A stretch of DNA of 61,095 nucleotides, counting the filler, from Basidiobolus ranarum (lineage: Eukaryota), in the NCBI GenBank assembly GCA_040143965.1. It is 12 parts of 12 records of this genome, joined end to end, with 100 filler letters (N's around TTAATTAATTAA, not from the genome) between each part and the next. Parts side by side here need not be neighbours in the genome. Positions count along the whole stretch, not along the records: positions 35,737 to 40,732 come from JASJQH010008627.1; positions 40,833 to 45,827 come from JASJQH010008628.1; positions 45,928 to 50,918 come from JASJQH010008629.1; 9 more parts are not named here. The stretch is one strand, 5' to 3'. The position numbers and the translations under genes are program-made. The stretch's first letter is position 1. Each line of letters opens with the position of its first letter. Below are positions 38,724-50,239 of the stretch, in pieces. Below the pieces are notes generated by a model. That model was not told the DNA's origin and did not search any database. It saw only the letters and a list, made by a program, of their open reading frames with translations.

Positions 38724-40732
38724 ATGTCAAAACAGATTCTTCCTGATTTGCAACCTACTTTGGTACAGGGAACCACCACTTCCAAAATTTCACACGCACA
38801 GTCAAATGAAGGTGTGGGTGGCATGAAGCAGCACAAGCCTAATGCTTTTACAGATGCCCAGGTATCCACTATCAATTCTTGCTTGGATATATGGGAGTTA
38901 TTGATAAACTTGATAGAAGCTGGGGAAGGGGACATTAGACAAAAGTAGAAGCAACTTTCAACTCTGCTTTGGACAGAATACTGTATCATCATGCCATCAG
39001 AAGTCAGCAAGAAAATATACAAGAAGACTCATGAAGATGGAAAGCATGAATTGAGAAATAGGAATTTGGATTTTGAGTCTGCATAGACACAGTTCCAATT
39101 GCGTTTTTGCTGGTATGGACAAGAAGCAGCCATTGCAGCCTCAACTTCAGAGACAAATGATGCTGTTAATAGATATCCACCACTTCTCAATGAGACTTTG
39201 TAGCAACTGTTGATGGAGGCCGCAGAGTTCCAAACAACATTACAGGACACTATGGCATGAGTAATCAACAGAGGGGTTATGAGAAAAGCAAGACAGTTTA
39301 TTGAATCAGAAGATATTCTTGAAGGCAAATTGGAGCAGTCTAGACTGTTGCAGAGTCATACTAGAACACTCCAAATTGAAGAGACTCCTGACAAGATTTC
39401 TATTTCACAAGAAAAATCTATACAACTCATCACTAGAATTGAGGTAACACCTCCAACAAGGGCAAGAGCCAAACAAGTTAGTTCATGAGCTAGTAGTACA
39501 CATTGACAGCAACACCAGCTTGGAAGAGTCTTTGATATTTCTCCCGGTGTTGATCAAGAGCAAGCAGTTGATGAAGAAACAAAAAGAGGATGGCCTGCAT
39601 TCTCAAGCATTGTAGCATGCAATTTACCTGATTCAACCAAACCAATCAGTGAGCTTTTTACATCTGGAGAAGAGTCATCTCCAAGGAGCATGCCACCAGA
39701 AAGACATACCTGTTTAACACATACTACTGCATGACAGCAACAAAGGCCAAACACAAGAATTATTGAACCTTCCCCTTGGTTGGATGAAGATCTGACACCT
39801 GAGAGCAATCTACTAAGTCAGTAATTTGTTACAATGAGTACCCCCACAAGACCAAGACAATGGGTGTTTGAGAGAGATAGTGAAGCTCTCACTGAGCTTG
39901 AAGCAGCCACAACAGTTGAATACAAACCTCACGGTAGACAATATGCTCATGCATGTTCCACCATGCAACACAGGTGATGGTGGCCAGTTGAAAGAGATGA
40001 TGCCTCTACTGTGGTTGAAGAGGCAAGAACTGCCAAACGCAAACCTCAAGGTAGATGACTTGCTCCAACACATACTGGAAAGTGACCATGGCAATGGCCA
40101 GTTGAAAGAGATGAAGCTTCCACTGTGGTTCAAGAAGCAATAACCAACAAACATGAACCATAAGGTAGATAACTTGCTCCAACACAAACTGCCATGCAAC
40201 CACAACCATGGCCAGATGAAAGAGATGAAGCTTCTACCGTGATTGAAGAGGGAAGAACTGCCGAACACAAACCACAAGGTAGATGACTTGCTCCAACAAG
40301 TACTGTCTTGCAACTTCAATCATGGCTAGTCATAAGAGATGAAGAGTCCACTGTGGTTGAAGAAGCAATAACTGTCGAGCATAAACCTCAAGGTAGATGA
40401 CTTGCTCCAACATGTATTACCATGCAACCGTGGCCATGGCCAGTTGAAAGAGATGAAGCTGCTAATGTGGTTGAAGAAGCAAAAACTGTCAAGCACAAAC
40501 CTCAAGTGAGACATTCCAGGTCAATGCGTAGAGCTGGATGCCAGCAGCAATGGCTGGTTGGTCCATTAAGTGAAGGCTCCACATTTGAAGAAGAGACTGT
40601 AGATACAAATGAACTGCAAACTAGACCAAACAAGCCAATGCATACCACAGCACATCAACCTCAAGCCACAACTCATGCTGGCCAAGGTAGAGGAACTTCA
40701 GCAGGATCAAACCAACCAACTCAGTGCAGAGG
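38724..40732 (+). pseudogene. Harbinger ORF2: Myb/SANT-like N-terminus plus low-complexity repeat tail
   Basis: One frame read through stops: AFTDAQVSTINSCLDIWELL...DIRQK*KQLSTLLW...SKKIYKK; the domain call rests on spacing of aromatic residues and element context. Confidence 0.55.
39890..40560 (+). repeat. 114-bp (38-codon) tandem repeat, about 6 units
   Basis: AAACC.CAAGGTAGA-like anchor at 39924, 40041, 40155, 40269, 40383, 40497. Confidence 0.9.
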
Positions 40733-40832
40733 NNNNNNNNNNNNNNNNNNNNNNNNNNNNNNNNNNNNNNNNNNNNTTAATTAATTAANNNNNNNNNNNN
40801 NNNNNNNNNNNNNNNNNNNNNNNNNNNNNNNN

Positions 40833-41520
40833 CTTGGGCAATAAGACGATTGAGGTTGGCATAACAAGGACGCTCAATGTCAAGGTTGCGCTTGCAGATA
40901 TCATAGATAGCTTCGTTATCAACCATGAAAGAACAATCGGTATGTTCCAAAGTGGTATGGGTAGTCAAGATGGAGTTATAAGGCTCAACGACAGCGGTAG
41001 CAACTTGGGGAGCGGGATAGACAGAGAATTCCAACTTGGATTTCTTGCCATAATCAGCAGAGAGACGCTCCAAAAGAAGAGCTCCAAAACCGGAACCGGT
41101 ACCACCACCGAAAGAGTGGAAGACCAAGAAGCCTTGAAGGCCACTGCAGTTATCAGCAAGTTTACGAATGCGTTCAAGAACGGGATCAACCAATTCTTTA
41201 CCAATAGTGTAGTGACCACGAGCGTAGTTGTTAGCGGCATCTTCCTTACCAGAAATCAACTGCTCAGGATGGAAAAGTTGACGGTAGGCACCAGTACGAA
41301 CCTCATCAACAACAGTAGGCTCCAAATCAACGAATACAGTGCGGGGAACGTGCTTACCAGAGCCAGTTTCGGAGAAGAAAGTAGAGAAAGAATCATCGGT
41401 CTTAGGAACGGTCATTTGACCATCAGGTTGAATACCATGTTCAAGACAATAGAGTTCCCAACAGGCATTACCAATTTGAATACCGGCTTGACCGACGTGG
41501 ACGGAGATAACTTCACGCAT
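40833..41520 (-). CDS. TUB1: Alpha-tubulin, N-terminal about 229 codons; cut by contig edge
   Basis: [61 protein letters not shown]. Confidence 0.98.
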
Positions 41521-43094
41521 GATGATATATTAGTAAAAGTTCAAGGATTCGGAGCCGTTCGTGTTATGGAGAACAACGTCGAAAGAATGTGTGTTTGAAA
41601 TCGTGCAAGATTCACCGGTTTATATGATCCTGTGTGAGACCCTGATTTTTCATTTGTTTACTTTTGGTGCTCTTAGAGAGTTGATATCCATTGGCTCGTG
41701 ACTCAATGTTTGGGTTACAAATATAAACTTGATTGGTTACAAACAATCCAATCAAATCGTATTTGTCAATGGCGGTATTTTTTTTCCACTCCAACATCCT
41801 GGTCTCGATTAATCGTTACAATCATTAATCGAATTGTTTGACAAATGAAATATCGGCCATAGCCGATTTAGGGATTGATGATTGGGTATTTGTTGATTAA
41901 ATAGAGTATCTGATAATGCCTAGCAGAGGAGGTCTAGGTGATGTCAAGGAGCTTAGGGTTACACCGGAAGTAGATGCCACTAAAAGAGTTACAACCATTG
42001 AAGCGTCGACTGCGCTTTTGTTGAAAGAGAGTAAATGCGAACTCAAGTTAAAAATGAAGCTTTTCCGTACGGTCTTTCATGAAACATGTCTCAGGACTAG
42101 TAGAACTACTTCATGCTTCCGGAATATAAGGACGCGGTTACTGAAGTTGCTATTTTCGTATCTAATTTAGAGTTGGAGATGATTCATATACAATAGTTTA
42201 TCCTTGGCGAAGCTTTATAAATATGGGGTAATGTTACCGTTTACCCTCTCTTGGTCAGAATACGCTTGAAAAGGAACACTTGTGCTTGGTTGATAGCTAC
42301 AGGGCAGTTCACATTATGTTGGTAACCGATGAGACATTGAGATTGTGTGATAGGCTAAGAAACAGTTTTGGACATTGCTATCTCCAGGAAGTTCTTTTTA
42401 CTCCCGTGAGATGATTGTAATGAGAGGTCATTTCTCAAGGCCTTTCACATCGAGACAGTGCAACTATGGCGTTGCATGTTGGAAACAAGGCACACATACT
42501 TCGTAATCAGCACATGCACTGAGGTATAAAAGTCGAAGGTGTAACATCGAATCGATTTTTTAAACGAAGTTGGCAATAGATGACTTCATTGTAGATGGAC
42601 AAAGTCATGGATTGTATATTTAAATGTCTAGACCGTGGAGATTAAAGTTCGAGCGCAAGTAAAAATAGGCTAGCTTGGAAGCGTACTAGGGAGCTCACAT
42701 GATTGCATATACAACAGCCATCTAAACAACCATCAAGGTCAACTTCTTAATACATTTGGATATATCGAGCTTCCAGCACGGGGAATCTATTGAAGTATTT
42801 CGATATAAAAGTAGTAATGCTAGTCCATTTTCAAATGAGACTTTAGTTTATAATTAAATATATTTATTAATAATCAACATCAGTGGGGATTTGAAAATTT
42901 CGGGATTAGCTAATCGAGATGCACGGAAAACTAATCAGCTGTTTTATTGTCTGGTCAAACATGTTCTATTTGGAATCTAAGATTCAATAAATTAAGAATA
43001 GGCTATACCATGTATCGAAATACTATATAATACGGCTATTTGTAGTTTACGACTTAATATTTACAACACTGTATCCTAACTCATAAACGTAACA

Positions 43095-43946
43095 ATGACA
43101 CTTCCGTTTTCCGATAAAGATTCCGTCAACACGGCCACATCAGTACACGGGCTTCCACGCATGTATAACACTGCGTCTGAGGTCGAACAAGAGATTGCTA
43201 GTATAGCTATTCACAAGGCTCAGCGTACCTGGTATAGCCAGTGTATGAATGGATTTATGGCTGGTCTCTTTGTGGCCTTGATTGGTACTTTGGCCTACAC
43301 TGCTGGTGGTGGTTTAGACCCTGCTTTCACAAAAGCTTTCCCATCAGTCCAAAAGATCATATATAGTGGTTGCTTCGCCAGTGCTTTATTATTCATTGTC
43401 ATCTTCGGTGGGGATTTGTTCACCGGGAACTCTATGATCATGTTTGTTGGTGTCATTCATCGCAAGATCTCCATACTCGACCTGGCTTGGAACTGGTTTT
43501 TGATCTTCTTCAGTAATCTTTCAGGAGCCTTAATCTCCACGTATCTCTTTACCTACTTGACCGATCAGTTTGGGGCTGAACCATGGTTATCATGGGTGAT
43601 AGGTAATGCTGAACACAAGATCGGCTACTCCTTTGGTGTTGCCTTTCTCAAGGCTATACCAGCAAATGCTTTTGTGTGCTTTGGTGTGTACCTTGGACTT
43701 ACAGCTCGGGACATCACCGGGAAGTTCATCTGCTTCTGGTGGCCTGTATTTGCATTTGCTGTATGTGGCTATGAGCATTCCATTGCCAATATGTTCTATA
43801 TTCCAATTGGCATGATGTATGGCGCCAAAGTTACTGTCGGTGACTTCATTGTCAAGAACCTGATTCCAGTTGTGCTTGGCAATATTGTTGGTGGAGCTGT
43901 CGTCGTTGGCCTTTCTTCTTTCGCCCTGAATCCTAAGAATCATTGA
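43095..43946 (+). CDS. Formate/nitrite transporter (FNT) family channel, 283 aa, intronless
   Basis: GGDLFTGN, KAIPANAFVC, FAVCGYEHSIANM, NLIPVVLGNIVGG; about six hydrophobic segments. Confidence 0.95.
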   Translation: MTLPFSDKDSVNTATSVHGLPRMYNTASEVEQEIASIAIHKAQRTWYSQCMNGFMAGLFVALIGTLAYTAGGGLDPAFTKAFPSVQKIIYSGCFASALLFIVIFGGDLFTGNSMIMFVGVIHRKISILDLAWNWFLIFFSNLSGALISTYLFTYLTDQFGAEPWLSWVIGNAEHKIGYSFGVAFLKAIPANAFVCFGVYLGLTARDITGKFICFWWPVFAFAVCGYEHSIANMFYIPIGMMYGAKVTVGDFIVKNLIPVVLGNIVGGAVVVGLSSFALNPKNH

Positions 43947-44804
43947 GTATTTGCTCATGTTCCTTTATAAACTGTAAATACTTGACTTTATTTTGGAAGC
44001 AATTATCGAAGGATTCTACCATCTATCCACATCACTAGCCCTTTTTGTAACTAATAATTAGCATCGAATGTACGAAAAAATAAGGTTCAGCTGCTTTTGG
44101 CCTACATCTTCATTATCAGGTTAAGCACTTCTCATTGTGGATAAATATTGAATATATCAATAAACGTATAATGCTGATAGTTACCTTTGTTTAATCGTAT
44201 GTAGGATTGGTGGTCTATTTTCCACATCTATTTTGATTAATCCGAAATATCATGATAGGTGTTTTCAATCTAGCGAAAGCCCAAAGATCTTCAAATGGAA
44301 CCAGTACTACACCAAATAATGATATATAGTTGGTATATATATTTGGAGTGCTCTGGCTAGCACCAAACACTATTGTATGCTAGATGAAACAGGCATCGTT
44401 TATTCATGAATATATGAAGTGTTGCTTTAGATCAGAATTGTATATATTATTATTTGTAAAAGCTTGAAGTACATCAGCTGAATTTCAGTGTTGGTTTAAA
44501 TGGAGTGAGTAATATCCAGATAATCGATAAGCAGCCTATTGTTAGTCTATAGGAGTATATATTTGGACCAAAGTTAAAGTTCATCTTTGCTAGCTGGATC
44601 TATAAATGAATGCACTCTAAATGGAGATTGGTTACTAAAAAGTTTGGCTAGTCCAGTCGATGAAAGTGAGTAAAACTATGACAGCAAAGTGAAACCTAGC
44701 TCAGATACACATCACAAATTGCGTTGAATATAGATGCAAATAATAAGCGTTAGGCAGGAGATTAACTTTCCGACAAAGAATCAAGTGGTACTAACTCATG
44801 GAAA

Positions 44805-45097
44805 GTCACTGTCTCGCTTGTATAATATTGAGTCTAAGGTTGAGCAAGAGATTGCTAGTGTAGCTATTCACGAGACTCAGCGTACCTAGTATAGCTTCTG
44901 GTGGTCTGTATTTGCATTTGCTGTGTGCGGCTATGAGCATTCCATTGCCAATATGTTCTATATTTCAATTGGCATGATATATGGCGCCAGGTTACTGTCG
45001 GTGACTTTATTGTCAAGAACCTGATTCCAGTTGTGCTTGGCAATATTGTTAGTGGGGCCGTTGTCGTTGGCCTTTCTTCCTTTGTTCTCAATCCCAG
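44805..45097 (+). pseudogene. Internally deleted tandem duplicate of the FNT gene
   Basis: Matches 43150-43238 joined directly to 43734-43935; TGG>TAG stop and small indels. Confidence 0.92.
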
Positions 45098-45927
45098 ATA
45101 TTAGAATGTCGAGATAGCACTGTTATAGTTATACCTGTTAGAATGTACATACATCTTCAGTATACACTGCAGTCCAGATTAATGGGTTGTAACAAAATTC
45201 GACGCATTTCTTAAATATTATTTTTTTACTTTGATCTAGTTTACTGAGATTTTTCACTGTTTCGTTAATGAACGCCTCCATTATAAACATCTTCTCAAAT
45301 AGATTGGCTAGTTGTTATACTTCTTATCTGTATGTTTAAAGTAGTAGCATCATCTGATAGATGCCATTATCTCACATCTTGCTTTATACGTAAAGAGATC
45401 CTCTATGATAAGGTGCACACTATAGGATCTACAAGTACTCGTCCTGGTTATTTTGTAAAGTATAAAAACAGTACTGGTAATATTGAACTTCATTGCTCGC
45501 GATAGAACTAATGCCATAGGTCTAGATCAGGTGTTAAGGCCTGTCGGCCTAAAGAGTCATCGGATTGAAAGCCGATATCTACAGTCAATATACGATTATC
45601 GACTATTTTTAATACTCATACTCCATAACTTCCCCAAACTTTGATTTACTTCTTAAATTTGGAATACTAAAACCATTAGGTTATTTTTCAGGTTAAATAC
45701 AATCAACCGATATTGAACTGATGAAATGGGATCATGTTAGCAACTAATAAGAGTTTCGCCAAGACTACTATCTAGTATCGTCACGTTCCAAACTAGCGTC
45801 AATGCGCGTTCCAGATGCCATGGCTACNNNNNNNNNNNNNNNNNNNNNNNNNNNNNNNNNNNNNNNNNNNNTTAATTAATTAANNNNNNNNNNNNNNNNN
45901 NNNNNNNNNNNNNNNNNNNNNNNNNNN

Positions 45928-48900
45928 AAGATTTCTGCCTGATAAGTATTGGCAACATTGGGAGTTGTTTGTGGATATTGTTAATATATTCTTATGGCAT
46001 CAACTCACATTGGCAGATCTCAGGCAGATACAGCAACTATGCAAAGATTTTGTAATTGGATATGAAAACCTTTATTATGGCATTTGTTGATTACAAGTTG
46101 GGGATATATTGGCTGAATTTTTTACAGAAATTTGCAAAAATCCAAGAGTGTATTCTCATTGTGAATGGTAACAAGAGTCAGCTATTTGCCAAGTGGTAGT
46201 GCTATTCAAAATTTCAGATGTTTAGCTTTTTTTCACCGTTATTTGCTGGTAAAGCATAATGATGTTATTGAGTTAACTTCCTGGTGCTTCATCACTTCTA
46301 TGGCTGCTTTTCTTTATTTTCCAAGTCAATAATTGCATACATCTTTGAGATGTTTCATGAATAGGCCTATATTAGCCCAATTGCCATTTGCTAGCAAAAA
46401 CCCAGGATAAGCCACATGAAATAAGTCACGAACCTTCAGAGTAACACCTGGTTTTTGGTTTAGCCACCATTGGCTCAAATACAGGTGATTTTGGGCAAAA
46501 TTCCACACAGTTTCCAATATGTTAAACCACTCATCATCAGAGCAAGTGATGGCAGTGCTGACATTCAGAGTCTGTTGGTTTGCTGATTTTCCTGTGAGAC
46601 TTCTACTTTGATGTGCCCAAGCAATTTTGGGTAGTTGTGTAGGCTGAATGGTTGGACCACTATTCTGCTCTGCTAGATTGTCATGGTGACATTCATATGT
46701 ATGGTGTGGGATTCATTGAAATCCCATATGAAAATAGACAGAGGGAGCAGCATGTTGCTGTTGCTAAAGTACAGCATTCTTAAGATCTTCTATCATTGTT
46801 GAGTGACTCTATAACTGTGGACTTGTTATTTCCAAACACTGCATTAATTGCAATATTGTGGCATTATTGCTTGTCATGGCCTGTATAGCAACTTCAAAGT
46901 TTTTACTTTTGATTGCATACTAACCTTTATGGTGTTCTGCCTGCAATTCCCTTGTTGTAATAATTCTATCCAAATTTTCTTTGGAGGCTTTTTCAATAGT
47001 GGACAAAGTAGCCATTTTGGAAATTGATGGTCTTGATGGTGTTTTGGTTGAACTTTCCTCAACTATTGATTTATTATGTAATTGGATGATTACAATCTCT
47101 TCACTTGCACTATTGCTTCAAAGGAACACATCTGGTAAATTGATTAATGCTTGAGCATTACTTGCGTTATTTTCTGGCATGTTAATGCCTTCCAAAGTGG
47201 CTAGTGGATCCCTAAACTGCTCATCAAATAAGTCCTCTATTCTTGCTGGTTTTTTTCCTTTTGGGCCAGCAGGCTTTAGCTTCAAAGCTGCTTTTGATTT
47301 AGATTTTCAATGCTTTGGAATGGCATTGCAATTTTCAGATGGTAACCTTGGTGCAATGAAGCTGCATAGAAACAGCTTATAATACACTAAAATTGCCAAC
47401 CATTACTGGAAATATCTTGTAAATCCCCTGACAACTCATCTGTGACACCATCTCAGATTCAGCTTATAATATTGATGGGCTATGCCCTAAATACCGCCTT
47501 ACATAGGAGGTGTTCTTTTTCCTACAATATACTCCTCATGCTGCAACACAAATGTTTAAAGAAGCCCTGCTATTATTGTCACAAATTCTTGTGCTATGAA
47601 AGCTGAAGGCTCCATAGAAACAATAATCTCAATCATGGTCACTGTACAAAGCCACCAGCTACAAAAAGCCTGGTATATAACAACAGTAATAAGTCCACTA
47701 AATTGTCTTTAGTTTTGCCCATTGAGTCCACCGACTATACCTTGCCTCAAAGTTTTGGTAACACTGCCAAAAGTCAAGATAACATGGAGTTACCACAGTT
47801 TTACTACCAGAATGATGTAGGTAGAAACACAACTTTGGGCAAACCAGTAATTCCAGACAACTTTGAGGAGTTACTGCTAGATGTTGACCTCAGTCATTCC
47901 AGTACCAGTGGTAGTATATCAGAAGTTGAAGAAGAAGACAACAGTTTTGTTATGGACTCTTTGTAATTGGCAAATATCATTCCATTCATAACACTTACAG
48001 TAAAGGAAGCAGCTTTGCTTATTAAGGAGTGGAGAGTTCAATCCAATCTTATCAACCATGTGTTTATTAGTTTTCTTACACTTTTACCACAGTTGATTTG
48101 CAACTCTTGCATACCACAGACCTGGTACCAGTGGAAAACACTTGTCAATCATTTGACTTATAATCCTTCAGTAATTAAACTGCCTTCATGTCCAAATGGT
48201 TGTTTGGCTTCCACCAGTGATCTGAAAAACCTGAAGTCATGTACTCTTTGCACACAATTGGCAATTGCTGAATCAGGTAAATATTGTTCATATTTGGCTT
48301 ATATACCATTGATTCCCCATCTTAAAGTTTTGATGAAATCACCCAAATATAGATCATTGATCCAATACCAAAGTACTCACCATGAAGCTGATGGTATTAA
48401 CAATATACTTGATGGATATCACTACCAGAATCCAGAAAGTCAAGGTTTCTTTGAGAGCATGTATGATCATGTATTTGAATTTGCTCTGGATAATTTCCCA
48501 CTAAACAAATATACCATTGGAAAGGCTTGCTGGCCAATATTTTTAACCAACTTAAATATTTCTCCTGCTGACTGGTATAAGAGTCATAATATTTTGATAC
48601 CTTCCATCATATTAGGACCTAAAACACAAGTGCTGATAGACAACTTCTTGGAGCCTTTGATTGTGGAACTTGAAGATTATCTAATGGGGTTCAGATAGGT
48701 GAATATTTAATTCAAGCTAACATCATTGTTTATATTGGTGACCCTCCTGCCATCAGTAAATTTGGAGGCATTTGTAGACACAGTGCACTATCTTGCTGTA
48801 GATTTTGTCAAATCAATGAGGTTTACTTTATCAGGCATACATATTACTACCATCCAAATACAACACTAAACTCCATGATTTTACCATCAAGAGAGCAGTC

Positions 48901-49089
48901 AGATTTCAACATGATCACCGATATCAATTCACCAAATAGTCAGTCTAACATCAAACTTGGTATTAGCCATAAGCCTAAGACTATATTGCTAAAGGGGATC
49001 AGCTGGAGCCAGAGCTTTCCATTAGGCATTATGCGCTTATAACTCAACAACATTACAATATTACTTACTCAGCTATATAATGGAAAATT
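45928..49089. mobile_element. CACTA-family element: transposase scraps (+, to about 46275), ORF2 (-, about 46275-47500), transposase (+, about 47700-49089)
   Basis: SCPNGCLA...SCTLC, ALDNF, CWPIFLTNLN, GPK, FLEPL, IGDPPAISK...CCRFCQI. Confidence 0.88.
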
Positions 49090-49479
49090 TGTTGAAGTAC
49101 ATGGTCTTTATCATATTTGTTATCTCTATCTTTGTACACGTAACTATTTCATATATCATATATAAGTTAGTCAACATTAGATAGTCAAACATCACTTAAC
49201 TGAAAATTGGAACATATATTATATATGTGTGAATAATGTGAGAATTAGCAATTCCATATTGGAGATATCAAACATGTCCAAGTCAACCCAAAGATAGCTC
49301 ATTTTACTCCCACAGATGTTTGGAACACAACCCCAGTGTTAGTTTTCTGTATTTCCGCCAAAATGTATAAATGCTATATTTCTGGACAATAAGTAATTAT
49401 CTCACAAAGCTATTCACAACTCCACTGTTCTAAAGTTCCTCCAAACAGCCCATATTTTTCCAATAGGTTATGAGTCCCA
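49090..49479 (+). repeat. Copia 5' LTR (49090-49465) and primer-binding site (49466-49479)
   Basis: TGTTG...CAATA followed by GGTTATGAGTCCCA, a variant of the copia GGTTATGGGCCCA PBS; starts where CACTA homology stops. Confidence 0.72.
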
Positions 49480-49957
49480 TGCTCTAACCTTCACTGCACA
49501 ACAGAAACCACTACTACCACTCTTATTAACTAGAGTGTTGAAATGCTTGATTGAGAAAATTACAATTTCTGGTAGTTCAAGATGAAAATCCTGCTGGAAG
49601 ACAGGGAGCTTTGGGATGTAGTCTCTGGATATGAAAAGGAACCTGCTGACCCTTCTTTACTGGAAGCTTAAAAGAACAGAAGTAAGAATTTGGAAAACAA
49701 ATATGAGGAATTGGCTCTTTTTGGAGCTGGAAAACACAGCTTTATAACTGAAGTGAATCATGGGGGCATCTCTGGGGACAAGTGTTTGACACTGAAAAAT
49801 GTGCTATATGTGCCTGCAATAGCAAAAAAATTTGTATCAGTGAATAAAGCTACATCTCAGCGTTAAAACTTTAATTTTGACCCAAATGGCTGTATAATCA
49901 GGTACCAAAAAGGCAATTATGTAGGTTCTGGAGCTAAGCAAAATAACTTGTATAAAC

Positions 49958-50239
49958 TATTGAAATTATTTAGGGAGAAATATTGGTCTGGCCTGGATTT
50001 GAACCTGGGACCTCCTTCACTCTGGCAAGGTGCTCTGACCACTAAGCTCCCAGTCCTTGTATACTATGCCTATATTGCCAGGGAACCTTAACCTAGTCTG
50101 TCAATGTATGCTACTTTGGCATTTCAGCTTTACAAGCAACTGATTGGCCTTAGACTTTGTGTTCAGATGCAGTCACCATACTCCGTAGTTTCCTCTTTGG
50201 GAATTACTGCTTGTACCACAAGTCACCAGACTTTCAACA
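49958..50239 (-). mobile_element. Solo LTR-like insertion, 282 bp, 5-bp TSD TAAAC
   Basis: TAAAC|TATTGAAA...TTTCAACA|TAAAC; removing it restores the Copia frame NNLYKLYYVRP...WYRRMGHLG. Confidence 0.85.
49984..50056 (-). pseudogene. 73-nt tRNA-like cloverleaf inside the solo LTR
   Basis: GGACTGG GA GCTT AGTGGTCA GAGC A CCTTG CCAGAGT GAAGG AGGTC CCAGG TTCAAAT CCAGG CCAGACC A: four stems, A box and B box; anticodon loop non-canonical. Confidence 0.8.

Larger units (their letters stand above)
37279..40732. mobile_element. PIF/Harbinger element from left TIR to contig edge
   Basis: TTA|GACTTGTTCCATT terminus, minus-strand DDE transposase, plus-strand ORF2. Confidence 0.85.

Noticed and set aside
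39890-40560. CRISPR array
   Set aside because: Whole 114-bp units repeat with no unique spacers; eukaryotic context, no cas genes.
40834-41598. 254-aa plus-strand ORF
   Set aside because: Antisense shadow of alpha-tubulin.
49984-50056. Functional tRNA gene
   Set aside because: Mismatches in three stems, a non-canonical anticodon loop and location inside an LTR; kept as tRNA-like.
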